From the human T2T-CHM13v2.0 reference genome, Homo sapiens, in NCBI RefSeq assembly GCF_009914755.1, contig NC_060930.1: a stretch of DNA of 64,000 nt; one strand, 5' to 3'. The translations under genes were made by a program, and so were the position numbers. Shown piece after piece: positions 46,070-59,500 of the stretch. Within the stretch, counting starts at the first letter, position 1, and the number at the start of each line of letters is the position of its first letter. Under the pieces are notes generated by a model. It was not told the DNA's origin and did no database searches. It worked only from the letters and a program-made list of their open reading frames with translations.

Positions 46070-46460
46070 ATCAATTCATTTATTACTTCAGAAAATATTT
46101 TGTGAGCATCTACATATGCCAGGCACTGTTTTAGGCACCCGGAACATATTAGTAAAGAAAACAGTCAGAGAGTCCTATCCTGGAGGAACTTGCATTCCGA
46201 TGGTGTCAGACAGATGACAAAACAATTAAAAAGTAAATTATACAGGCTGCTAGAAGGCGATAAGGAAAGCTTATGGAAAAATGAAAAGGAAGGGCAAAGT
46301 AAGTGGGGTTGAAGGGGTAGGATAAACATGGGGCCAGAGAATATTATACAGGGTGCTTGGGGAAGGATTCATAGAAGTGAGACTTGGGCAAAGCTGAGCA
46401 GAGTCTGGGTGAGAGCTTTCTAGGCAGAGGGAACAGCCAGGACAACAGCCCTAATCAGGT
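46070..46460 (-). mobile_element. L2 3' fragment
   Basis: gagcatctacatatgccaggcactgttttaggc and ctaggcagagggaacagc are typical of reverse L2. Confidence 0.65.
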
Positions 46461-46959
46461 GCATAATCAATGTATTAGAGGATGAAGTTAATATTTATTT
46501 CTTACCAAATCTTGGCATTACAAAACAGAATAAGGTATATATTAACTGAACACCAAATATAAAAATGATTACCCATAATTTTAGTTTTTTTAAAAGACAA
46601 AATTTATTTTAAAATTTATTTTTCAATTAGACTATAAAACTAAATATATGTATATTAAATGATTAAAAAGCTAAACCAAGTATTTATGCCTGTTCATGTG
46701 AAAAAGCAAAAGAAAGCAGAAGTGTACCTTACATATGTATACATGAATCCCTCGTCAAATTTCATGGCAGACGGGAATGAGTTACCTGAGGGCCTGGGCC
46801 TCTGTTGCAAGCTAGGTGTCCTGGGAAGAAGGCTCTGGGATGGAGATTAGCATGCAGGAGATTTATTTTGAAAGGGAAGAGAGGAAACTGTGATTGGGCA
46901 AGACTGCAATGCAGTCTCAATAGAAGCGTCAGCTAACACTGAAAAATGTTTTATAAAAA

Positions 46960-48440
46960 CATTTTTCTTGAGATATAATTCACATACCATAAAATTCACT
47001 CTTTTAAAGTACGTAATTCAATGGTTTTAGTTTATTCACAGTGCTAACATAGAACTTTTTTGTCACCACAAAAAGAAACCCTGTACCAACTGGCAGTCAC
47101 TCCTCTTCCTCTCCACTTCCCTCAGCCCCTTGAAGCCCCAATCTACTTCCTGTCTGTATGCATTTGTCTATTCTGGACATTTCATATAAATGGAATCATA
47201 TATGAAAACACATAGTCTTTTGCGACTGACTTCTTTCACTTGGCATGTTTTCACAGTAAATCCAGTTGTAGCATGTATCAGTACTTCATTTCTTTTTATT
47301 GCCAAAGAATATTTCATTATGTAGATATATCATTTTTTTTTATCCATTCATCAAGTGATGAACATTAGGGTGGTCTACTTTTTGGTTATTATGAATAACA
47401 ATACTATAAACATTCATGTACAAGTTTTTGTGTGCATACACATTTTCATTTCCACTCCATACACCTAGGAGTGGAAATGCTGAGTCATACGATAATCTAT
47501 GTTTAACATTTTGAGTAACTATCAGACTTCTTTCTATAGCAGCTAAACCATGTTACATTTTTACCAGCAATGTCTGTGGGTTTCAAGTTTTCCATATCCT
47601 CATCAATACTGGTTATATGTCTTTTTAGTTATCTCCATCCTATTGGGTATAAAGTGATATCTTATTTGGTTTTGATTTGCATTTCACTGATGAATAATGG
47701 TGAGCATCTTTTCATGTGCATATTGGCCATCTGTATATATTCTTTGGAGAATATAGGGTGCTTGGGTCAAAAGGTCTATTCAAATAAATTATTTGCCATT
47801 TTAAAAATTGCATTATTTGTGTTTTCATTATTGAATTGTTAGAGTTCTTTATTCTGAGTACAAGTCTCTTATCTGATAAATGATTTGCAAATATTTTCTC
47901 CCATTCTATGGTTTGTCCTTTCACTTTCTTAATGGTATTGTCTACTGCACAAAAGTATTACATTTTGATATATTTCTATTTATCTATTTTTTCTTTTGTT
48001 TCTTGTACTTCTGGTGTCATATCTAAGAAACCAAACATAACCTAATCTCAGGTCATAAAGATTTACTCCTATGTTTTCTTCTAAAAGTTGCGTAGATTTA
48101 GCTCTTACATTTGGTTGTACGACTTACTTTGAATTAATTTTTTTTTGTTTAAGTAAAGGGTAAAATTTCATTCTTTTTCATGAAGTTATTTAGTCTTTCC
48201 CCAATTTTTTTCTCCTGAAAAGAATGTCTTTTCCCTCACTGAATGGTCTTGGTATCCTTGTCAAAAATCATTTGACTATATACGTGGGTTTATTTCTGGG
48301 ATCTTTATTCTATACCTTTGGTCTCTATGTCTATCCTTATTCCAGTACCATTTGTCCTGATTATTGTAGCTTTGTAGAAGTTTTGAAATTGGAAACACGA
48401 TTGCTTCAAATTTTTTCTTTTTCAAGATTGTTTGGGTATT
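46960..48440 (-). mobile_element. Old L1M 3' portion; flanks (46790-46940, 48441-48570) resemble a split LTR16/33-type element
   Basis: Reverse L1M 3'UTR (gagatataattcacataccataaaattcac); minus peptide EWEKIFANHLSDK. Confidence 0.8.
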
Positions 48441-48879
48441 GCTCTAGCGGGTTAGCTTCTTTCAGCTGGGATCATTCTCAAAGGTGGTTGACAGCTGAGG
48501 GCTGTGTGTTGGTGGCACTCTCAGCAGCTGGAGGCATAAGTCCTTTATTTCTGAAAGGGGATACATTATAGTATGCAGAGAAAGCAGTCACTTTGTGAGA
48601 TGAAATTTTAGTATAGGAGGAAATATTCAAATAACCTCTCCCCGGGTGTCATAAAAGTATTTTCATGGTTGCTCAAATCACAGGGAAGGAATGGAAAACA
48701 AAATGTATGTCCACAGGCAAATTCACAGGTAAAGAAGTCTGTATCGTGATTTGCTAAACTTTTGATACTACCTTGAATAATATTACGTATCTACAGTGGT
48801 AAACCCATTCACATGAATACAAAATTCAGAATTAAGAGCAAAGGTCGATCTTTGTAATAGCTGCCCTCCTCCCTAGGAC

Positions 48880-49295
48880 TCTCTCCTTTACCCACTCAGC
48901 TCTAGCCACTCATCTCCTGGATGTCCCTTGAATCTGCCAGGCAAACTTCTGCCTCAAAGCCTTTGCACTATTTCATTTTCCTGCAGATGTCCTTCTTTAG
49001 ATCATCACGTAGTTTACCCCTTTCCCTTCAAAATCTTTGCTCAAATTTTACCTTCTTGTTGAGGCTTACTCTAACTCCTACCCTGTAGCACTCCCAGCTC
49101 TCCTTTGTCTGTTCTGTTTTTTCTCCATGGAACTTATGATCTATCACACTATAGAATTTATTTATTTTAAAGTTTGTGTCTGCCCTTCCTAAGTGCCATA
49201 AGTACAGACATTTTTATCTGTTTTGCTCACTGGTTTATCTCTAGAGCCTGGAAGAATGCTTGGTATTCAATAAATATTTGTTGAACAAATGACTG
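48880..49295 (+). mobile_element. L2 3' end
   Basis: Ends caataaatatttgttgaacaaatga. Confidence 0.65.
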
Positions 49296-49679
49296 AAACT
49301 CAGTTGGATACTCAATTTATAAAGATACTATACTTCATGTAAGTTACCCTATGTTCTTATTTCCAAATGAAATGGAAAGTTAAGTGCTTTTTACACATAA
49401 TACACTTGGTTTCATACTTGTATATGCTCCCTGATTATACCTTTAATAATTTAGACTAAAATGACATGGGTATTGCTCGTGAGCCAATGGCATAGGAACT
49501 GTTTGCCTTCCAAGGACCTGCACTGGGTAAAGCACTAAGTATTTCTATTCCCTCCCTGCCATACTCACCCATAAGAGAGTCCAGAAACAAAACATATGAG
49601 ATGAGAGAGAGAGAGAGAGAGAAACAAAAAACAATTCACATATGCTTCAGTTAAAAAAAAAAAAAACTAGATTACTCAC

Positions 49680-49829
49680 TGCCTACTAAGCTGGCAAGAG
49701 ATGAATCAAGATCACTTCCAAGGGCTTTGCTGGCTGCCATTGCAGGACTGGGTGGTACCATTGAGACAGGTGCAGGCTGCCCAGCTGGTGCCATGGTTGG
49801 CATCAAAAGATCACCTAGACCATCAAACA
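49680..49829 (-). CDS. SNAP91: AP180 exon VFDGLGDLLMPTMAPAGQPAPVSMVPPSPAMAASKALGSDLDSSLASLVG (150 nt, phase 1-1); internal alternative acceptor at 49814
   Basis: tttccag|TGT ... GCA|gtgagt; second AG 15 nt in (ctag|GTG). Confidence 0.96.
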
Positions 49830-50074
49830 CTGGAAATCAAATAGACTAGGTTCAGAATAATTGAAAACAAAAAAAGATCATATGCGAAATTAAAGTAAAA
49901 CTCTCTTTTGATACTATGGAAACAAGTGAATATAAAATCTTATAAAAGAAGGCAAGTAATTCACACTTTTCATGACTGTAACACCAAGAAGAACATGTCG
50001 ACATATGTCTACTCATAAAGTATGAAAATACTAATGAACATGAACAAGGATGGAAAAAAATCTGTATAATGTAC

Positions 50075-50275
50075 AGGAATGAACTGGGCTTCAATTCAGC
50101 TGCATGACTCACTGGCTACATGACTTTAAGAAAGTTACTCTCTGAGCTTTTTAGTTTTCTCATCTGTAAATGGGGAGAGTATGACCAATACATGGCTTTG
50201 TTGTAAACATTAAATTAGGTGATACATGTCATGGGTTTATTATAATGCTTGCTTTATACAGGCATTCAATATTGC
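50075..50275 (+). mobile_element. MIR
   Basis: ctctgagc...agttttctcatctgtaaatgggg MIR core. Confidence 0.7.
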
Positions 50276-51451
50276 CATTGTTGCTCTTATTCAAGAAAAT
50301 AGTGAAAAGACTTCTAATGTGCTTTATGGTGAAATCTAAATAATTTACTCTGAAAACCTAAAATGTTTACCTTAAAAATAATTCTTAAATGAGAAAATAA
50401 TGCATCTCTTGGTTTCCTACGAAATTAGGAAACAAAATAACATCTGATATAACAGTCAGCATCTAGTAATAGGTACCTGAAAAAGTTGATCACATTTCAA
50501 AAGTAATAATTTTGATTTTTTTCTCACTCATTAGAGCAATCATTTCTGGTTGTAACTCTAAGGGCATAAGTAAATTAAATACTATTTTAAGTATTAGGGA
50601 TCAAATGCATCATTGATGGCTCCTGATCACCAAATAAGTTACTAATTGTTCAGTTCCTAGAATACAGAAAGTCCATTCAAAATGCAGACACATAGCATTT
50701 GCATAAGATGTTGCTAATATGTTATCTATGTCAAAAACTTTGTAGTTGTAAAATTTTATCAAAAAACTATGCATATCTACCATAACAACTACTATACAAT
50801 AATTTTAAAGTGAAAAATGACAGCATTCAACTAGGCACTGGCAATAGAAGCAACCAAATTGTCAGGCAGAGGATTTATTTAGGGTGTTTCTGAAACACAT
50901 TTAATTGCCAAAAACTCACCAAGTGAAAATTTGTAGTAAGGACCCAGCATGGGAAGAGTAGAATGGAAGAGAATACAAACAAAATGACAGCAGTGATGAA
51001 AGGTTAAAGGCAGGCAAAGAATACTATTTGTGTCTCAACTTCATAAAACTGAGGGCCATGCAGGCTTCAGAGGATGTAAGCAACAGCAGTGGGAGTGTTC
51101 ACATATTCAAACACTGTACAAAGATTTAGTACAAAGTATCTGTTTTTCTTTAACCATCTCTAAACCATGTGCATGTAAGCTCATGCAAATAGATGGTGTG
51201 CAGGTTAAGTTAGATTTCTGCTAAAAATAAACAGAAACAGAGAAAGGATTGCAGGTTATTCTTATGGATACCAATGTGTACTATAAATTTTAATTTAAGT
51301 TACTAAATGAGAGATTTATTAACGTTTTATAAACCAAATTATCACTCAATATTTGCTTGTTGTAAATTTCCTGATAGCATACTAACCTTAGGTAGTACTT
51401 TTTTTTATTACCAGGACACATGAAAAGAATGTTTGAAAGTCACTGCCTCAC

Positions 51452-51586
51452 CTGATGGATCAAAGGAGCTGCTGCTGGAAGTTGAAGGCGTTGTCCCAAA
51501 AGCTGCCTCAAAATTGGGCTGTAGCAGGTTATTCTGAGCTGGAGTCACTGGAGATGGGGAAGGCGCCATGAAAGAACCCCCAAATC
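51452..51586 (-). CDS. SNAP91: AP180 exon GFGGSFMAPSPSPVTPAQNNLLQPNFEAAFGTTPSTSSSSSFDPS (135 nt, phase 1-1)
   Basis: ttttcag|GAT ... CAG|gtgagg. Confidence 0.97.
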
Positions 51587-52049
51587 CTGAAAAAAAGTTC
51601 CAAAAAAACAAGCAGAAATAACATAAAGGTGGGTAAAGGCCATAAAAACAGAATTTAAAAAGTTATAGAAAACTGAAAAGGAATTAATTGCATGTTGATT
51701 AGCAGTCAGTGAAACAGAGAAGCTCATTTCTGAAAAGTTGTTCAAGCATAATATTTTGAAATCTGACATGCATTAATGAGAGATTTAATTTAATTAGAAA
51801 TAAGATAACACACAAGTATAACCTTATTAAGAGAAACTATGGCAAGCAAATCTATTATTACAATGGAGTATATAAACAAATAAGGTATCACTAGGTTTAC
51901 AATTCAGACAGTCTCATTACATTGAAATTTTATGTTTCTTCAAATCATAATATCCGGTTTCTAGAAAATGTTTACTGCAAATTATAATAAAATGCAAAAC
52001 AAATCATAAAAATACATATCAAATCTTTAACATCTATCATACATGTTCT

Positions 52050-52630
52050 AGCCCCACTGCTGTTACCACCAGTGCAGGCCCCTGCAACCCTGCTCTCTGG
52101 ATTCATGAACAGTCACGGAGTGGGATGGCATCCTGTCTCTAGTCTAGATCTCCTCCAATCTAGTCTTCACAGTGCAGCCAGAATGATCTTTCCAAGTGGA
52201 AAATGTTGACAAAGTTACTTCTCCAAAATCTTCTATCAGCTTCCCATCATTTTTCAGTTCATATAATTTGAATTCCTTCGTGTAGTGATCAGGTCCTTCT
52301 GTCTCTACTCACTGGCCCCTGCAGCAAAGCAGGCTGCAGCTGTGATCCGCCACTCGCAGTGTCAGATGCCTGCTCTGGGAGGACTTCCTTGCCCTCACAC
52401 TGCTACCCACTACCAGCTGCACCCCACCCACATCCCCATATACATGCCGAGTATCCTCAGCACCTGGTACATGGCCCCCTGCTACTCTCATTACATGTAT
52501 CTATCCCCACTGCCCCGACTCCAACCCCAGATGGCTTTTTGAGGCCAGGAACTGTGTCTTCTTTTCATGTTTTTTCCACTAATATCCTGCACAGTGCCTA
52601 AAACACTGAATTAATGTTTATTAAATGAAG
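52050..52630 (+). mobile_element. L2 fragment
   Basis: cttcacagtgcagccagaatgatctt and terminal aatgtttattaaatgaa. Confidence 0.55.
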
Positions 52631-53835
52631 GACACTTTTGAATATAAAAGGTGAGGACAAATCAAAGACTACTGTAAAGTAATCCAACCTCAGATTAAGT
52701 ATTTATCCTTTGACGGCTGGAAGCAAAACATTTCTCTCAATCAACAGACAGAAACAGAAGCAGAGATCACTCTGCATTGCTGCTGAACAAAAATATACAG
52801 CCTCTGAAGGAAGTGATTTCTTAACAAGACACTGGATGATATTCTATTATAAAAGAATTTATTACTACCAGAAGTCATTCCTACATAAAGTTTAAGTATA
52901 TATTCCTTTCAAATCCAGCCACGTTGTCTCTTCTTCACAAACTGCTTGCAAAAACAATGTTTCAAAAAACATCCTTAAGTTTACGTTCCATAGAATCGAT
53001 TTATAATTTTGAAAGTGATTTCCACTAAAATTATCTACTATTTTCTAAAGCAGGTGGCAATGCTGTTTGAGTTATGTTATTCCTAGAAATTGACAGTGAT
53101 GTGGGTTTAGGCTTTCCTCATATGTGTATGAAAAAATTTTAATTTGGAAAAAAGTTTTTTATTAGATGATCTTTACAGTTCATGATGGCTACTTTAAGTG
53201 ATTTTAGTATTTGAATGGCATAAGTATCATATAACTTTCTTTACTGAAGAAGACGTTCTCTAAATCAGTAAGAGCTTATCCCAGCCAAGGTAGGTTAAAA
53301 GTAATTATTTTTGTGAATGTGACCATTTTGATTTTAGGAAGATTGGTGGCTGTATTAATGTTGATTTTTAAAAAACATTACCCCGTACCTCAAGTTGGAA
53401 TTTGTCTGGTAAATTTAGGCAACTGTTCTATGTTGTGATTCTCTTTCTATAGGTGAATGTGGAGAAAACTTGACTCTTGACTTCTTAAAACTTGGCCATG
53501 GAAAGGACAATTTATTTTAGAATCACAGCATATTAGTGATGGAAAGGGCCTCAGGATCATCTGATTCCTTCCTGTCATCTCATGGCTAGAAGAAATGACT
53601 CAAAGAGAAGTTAACACACTGGTAAGATTCAGTAAAAAGAGGAAAAAGAGTGCATTTACCTAGGACACTCTGCTTAGTGCTATTTCTACTTTATGCTAAG
53701 ATCACATCTATAGGTGAATAAATAAAGCTGTTCACTGAAAAAAAAAAATAGTGCCTTCTCTAAGAAAATTAAAGGTAAGCCAACATTGGCCCAGGGCTCA
53801 CCAAGTGCCAGGCACTGTTCTAGGTTTCCTTTTTT

Positions 53836-53921
53836 AGGGTGAACCCTATGAACGACACGAATGGCTGATATTTGACTGTTTTGATCCTAGAAAATCAGCA
53901 GTTTTAAATGGTTCAATCTAA
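53836..53921. mobile_element. MADE2-like MITE within a reverse MIR (about 53790-54095)
   Basis: Inverted termini agggtgaaccctatg / atggttcaatcta; MIR phrases on both sides. Confidence 0.6.
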
Positions 53922-54456
53922 AACACACATTAGCTTATCTAATCCTTATAACAACCCCATGAGGTTCAAAGATGAGAAAGCTGAGGTCAGAGATGTCAGA
54001 TAATTTGTCTAAGGTCATATGAAAGCAAATGGCAGATCCAGGATTCCAAACAGGAATTCTCCAGAGTCTGGATTCTTTGCCACTGTACCACACAGCCTCT
54101 TTCTCACATCCAGAAAAAATGCTGTAGTGGTAACCTTCCCATACATTTATAAAATTGTCGAGATCTGGCAGGATGACTTTTTCCCATTATACTCGGTTCT
54201 TATGAAGTAAGTGCCCTCACAAGCCTAGAATAATTAAACAGCTATTAAGTGATATAAAAGGACCAACTGATTATCTCAAAAAAATAATTGCTATAATGAA
54301 GAACTAAACAGGAACATTACAGTCATTCATGAGGCATTTGAGGAATTCCTCCTGGTAACTAACTGAAAAGTTTTAGGGCCCTGGAATAGAGTTAATAGGA
54401 AAACCTAAACAACTAATCTTTCTATGTGGTTCTAATTTACATTAAGAAAGACGTTT

Positions 54457-54783
54457 AGCTGGGTATGGTGGTTCATGCCAGTAATCTCAGCATTTGGGGA
54501 GGCTGTGGCAGAAGGATCACTTGAAGCCAGGAGTTTGAGACCAGCTTGGTCAATATAGCGAGACCTCATTTTTATATATCTATCTATATATATCAATATA
54601 TATAAATTAGCCAGGGGGCATGATGGCATGTGCCTGCAGTCCCAGCTGCTCAGGAGGCTGAAGTGGGAGGATTGCTTTAGCTCATCAGTTCAAGGCTGCA
54701 GTGAGCTATGTTCACACCAATGCCCTCCAGCCTATGCAACAGAGGGTGACCTTGTTGCTTAAAAAAAAAAAAAACAAAAAGAA
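54457..54783 (+). mobile_element. AluJ with (TA)-rich middle region
   Basis: Forward Alu dimer. Confidence 0.9.
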
Positions 54784-54983
54784 AGGTGCTCTATGGAATG
54801 GAATTGGAAACAGAGTAAGGCTTTTGTGCATCCTGTAATCATATTTGAACTGTCCTACACTATAACTGAAGAGCCAACTGTTTTCAGGTACTCAACCATC
54901 TGTTGATACACTGCTTTTTAATCACAGATGATTAATCTTATGAATGTGTTATTCTAAAGGGGAGTAGCCCACACTCTTAATGA

Positions 54984-55384
<401 letters not shown>

Positions 55385-57222
55385 CAAGAGTGCAATTTTA
55401 AAACTACTGCTAAAGACACTTCCACACAGGATGATAGAATTGATCCTCTGTAGACTTTTACCTTTTATAGGAAATTGTTACTTTTTAATGCCACACTGGG
55501 CATGTTTGTATTTTAAATTCAGTTCAAGGACTTCTGTGGCTCATTTTAAGCAATTAATGTGGTTAAGAGAACAAATGCAAAACTACAAAGGGCCTCATAG
55601 GCTGGACCATATAGTCCCTTGTCTTTGCAATTAAAGATAGGATGTGAAATTCTCTTATACTAGTACAGATTTATAGTGCAGTCACCCTAAAATTGTGTCT
55701 ATGATGGAAAAACATGGTTGTCCTGCTCGATGCCAACCTCAGATGTTAGGCATATTCCTCAACACACCTAACTTCCTTAACAGTCCATTTTTACCTTTGT
55801 CATCCAGTAGTCTGCCTCTAGCTTTCAAACATCTGTATTTTCAGTTGGTATATTTTGAGCAGAGTTTGACAGCTTTACTCTTCACTGTATGAAATATTTA
55901 CTTTTATTATTTAAAAACTTAACTTTCAAGTTTTCATTCAGATGTTACCTGAGATATGGATAATATCTGTATCCTACCAGTAATCTCAATGGCTTGGAAA
56001 GAATTACTCATTGTTGTTATGGATTCTCCCCTCTGCTTCCCCCCACCCCCATTATTCCTTCCTTTCTTCATTATTTTGATAATGATTTTTCTAGTCTGGC
56101 CTCTTTGGAAGTTGTCCTCTCCAGAATTTTTTATCATTTCACTATACTGCATGCACCAAACACCTTAAAATTTTTACTCAAGGGGTAGAAGACGACTAAG
56201 GCAATATTTCAAGTGCTGTTTAATTCTGGAATTGGTATTATCTGACAGTTCTAAAACTGAATTTGAATAAAGAAGAATAGTTTTTATGATAGATAGGTTC
56301 ATTTTCAAGACTATCTAGTTAGTCTTTGTTTTCAAGTTTCAAAATGATACCAATTTTTAACAAAGCTTTCGCCTCAATTTTAAAATGGTTCTTAATGTTT
56401 AGTTTAAAATCTCTAAAATCATTTTAAAATTTAATTATATCATATATTTATTGCCTTATCTTTATGATTCACATGTAAATGTATTCACTCAAAAAAATCT
56501 AATCTTAGGCATGGGGTAAGAGTCCTTAGTCCAGTGACCAAGGTTCCCTTTGAACAGTCTAAACCTCCCATGACAGTGTCTGCATATTATTTTTCTTTTT
56601 CATTCTTTCTCAAAACAGTTTTATTACTAAAGGCAATCACAGGATTCTAGAGAATCTTTTTCTCTCTTCTCTCTCTTTGATTCTGATCATATTTGTGGGC
56701 TTGCTATGTATGACTAGGCTCATTTATTTATTTTTTTTTAAAAATCTTCTTAGTTTCAATAGACTGTGGACTTAGCTGATCCCTCCCCCAAATAAACACA
56801 GACACAACTATAATACAAATGCTAAGCTTCACTGCAAATTACTACACACAGTGCCCCAAATATTTGTCCTACTTAATATGCATTAAATAAAAATGTACGA
56901 GAATTGTGAAAACTCAGAAACAGCCAATTGTCAGCTAGGTTACAAATATAAATGTGACTGTGGTTTTATATTGCGTTTATTAGCAGAATTTTTTTCATTT
57001 TTCATTTTTTTGTTTTTGGCTAGGAAAGTTGCTCCTAGTTCACAGGATAGAATTATATTAATATTCCATGATGTTCTTTAGTGAGAATATGACTTCCTTA
57101 TGCTTTGATACTTGAACAAGCGTGAGAAATATTTTTCTATAAGAAAACAGGGAAGTATGAAAAATTAGCCCCCAAAATTAAGCCCTATGGAAATTAAAAG
57201 TTAAAATTTCTTATGCTAGCTT

Positions 57223-57362
57223 ATTTTTGTTTTTTGTTTTCAGTAGAGATTAGGGTTTCACCATGTTGGCCAGGCTGGCTCAAACTCCTGACTTCAAGTG
57301 ATCTGCCCATCTGGGCCTCCCAAAGTGGTGGGATTATGATTGTGGGACACTGCATCCAACCC
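57223..57362 (-). mobile_element. AluS left arm only
   Basis: gtagagattagggtttcaccatgttggccaggctgg...cccaaagtggtgggatta; right arm absent. Confidence 0.85.
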
Positions 57363-57769
57363 CTTATATCAGGATATAAGGTGAAATAATATTTCACATT
57401 GTGCCAAATAAATCAGGCACTGACATATGTATACATTAAATTACAAGAACTGTTTTGAAAGCAAATGAGACATTAAACTCATCTATACTGATTTACATTG
57501 AATATTAATTTATTTAAATAGAAAAGAGAGAAATAAGAAAGTGTACACAATATATAACTTTGCCTATCACTGAAAGAGTCACAAGAAGATGCAGTAGAAG
57601 AAATGGAAAGTGTATAGTAAATGAGACCTATGTAGATGACATTGGGTACTTTCATTGATGATTTTCTCCTCTTTTCTACCCCATTTTAATAAGATTTCAG
57701 AATAGACAACACAATTGAATAATTTTATTTTTTGTAAAGTGAACTAACATACTTTTTTTGTAGACTTCC

Positions 57770-59500
57770 CCTGCTGGACCTGTCCATATACCAAGCTGTG
57801 CAGCTGTGGCACAGGTATGTGCAGTTACACCTGGCAGCAGGTGACAAACCCCTTCAGGCTTGTTCTAGATGTGTTTTTAGATTCTTATTGCATCCCCCAG
57901 GGTCAAATCTCTTGGCTCTGTTACTGACTTCTAACTTGGAATTGGATGGGAACACTCCCTTTTCCCACAGGAAAAGGCCTTTCAGCTCCAGTTTCTAGTG
58001 TTCTGGGCTCTTTGAGAAACACAATATCTCAGGTTCTAGCCTTGGAGGACACAGAGAGGCCACAATGGAGGAGGATCCTGGAGTAGACAATGTGGCTGTG
58101 TAGCACTGGAGGTGGTCAACAGTGGCTGACCGCTCTGCCAGGCTACTGTCTGGTAGGCTTCAAATTCCCATTTGAGATCTGTGGCAGGGGATGGGATACC
58201 CAGGAGAGAAAGAAAGAATTCATAGGCTTCTGTGAAAGGCCAGAATATTTGATTTTATGGGCCGTTTTAATCTTAATTATAACTTCAAAGCAAAATGTTT
58301 GTAATCACTAATCTCATTTTAAAGTTAACAAGGTCATGATCCCTCAAATAGCCATTAAAACTATGCTATTTCTGTGGCATGTTAAAATCTTATTGCTGAA
58401 CCCCCAAAATGTGTATGAAGTTTATTGGTTTAGTAAGAGTTTGAAAGTTTCTGTAGCCAATTGGAAGCTGATATAAGAATATCTAGGCCTGGATAAAAGC
58501 CAGGCAAACTAGCAGTTTATTTCTCCAAGTAACCAGCTGTGGTTTGTGTTAAGTGTACTGCCTCTTATCATCTCTGCAACTTCCAAATATTCCATGATGT
58601 TCTTTAGTGAGAATATGATTTCCTTATGTTTTGATACTTGAACAAGGGTGAGAAATATTTTTCTATAACAAAACAGGGAAGTATGAAAAATTAGCCCCCA
58701 AAATTAAGCCCTACGGAAATTAAAAGTAAGTTAAAATTTCTTATGCTAGCTTCTCAGCATAAGTTCTCAGCAATATCATGGTGGGGCCCTGGTTCTTCAG
58801 TGCTGAGGAAAATACCTAGTGGTAGTCACTGGTATGAGTGGTTTCAGCATGCAAGACTGTTATGTTTGATCATAGTAGTCAGGAAAGGATGGGAAAGACA
58901 CTAGAGAACTATTGCCCCTGGGAAAGACTGTTAAATAGCCAGTCTGAATTACTGATGGAAGGAAAGGTTAACAGCTGGGCTACGACTACCTGCTTTAGCT
59001 TCCTGAGGAAAGATTTGACCTCAACTCAAACTCCCTACAACTCTGAAGGCTGATGAGGGTCTTTTAGCATCTGCCATTACTCACCACTAATCCAAGAATA
59101 AATGTTCCTCAGCTTGCTGTACCTGGTGCCAGGATTGTTTATTGTATAACTTGTAATTTTATGGGCTATATCCACACTAAAAAAGGGAACTATTCATATG
59201 CTTTATCAAGGTCTACATGGCTAGCACTAGCACGGTATTTAAGATGCAAGACTTCAGACATGCATGGCAGCTTCCCAGTGGTGATGTGACCCATGCTCTC
59301 GTCAGCCCCTTGTCAACCTTAGGACCAAAATTCAACCCTTGTGGTGACTGTGGAGGGGCCTCAGAAGCTGCATCTGAGTGACTGAGTCCTCTGTGAAACT
59401 ACTGTTGTGCTTCCTGTTATGTACCTGTCTAAGTAAAATCAGAGTAAGGTAAGCCAACAATGTCTTGTGAGTTTGACTAATAATCTGAACTTAAACTTAC
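57770..59500 (+). mobile_element. Possible ancient LTR-type element, family not recognised
   Basis: GC-richer block ending in agtaaa...tgtcttgtgagt as in LTR R/U5 regions; weak. Confidence 0.3.
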
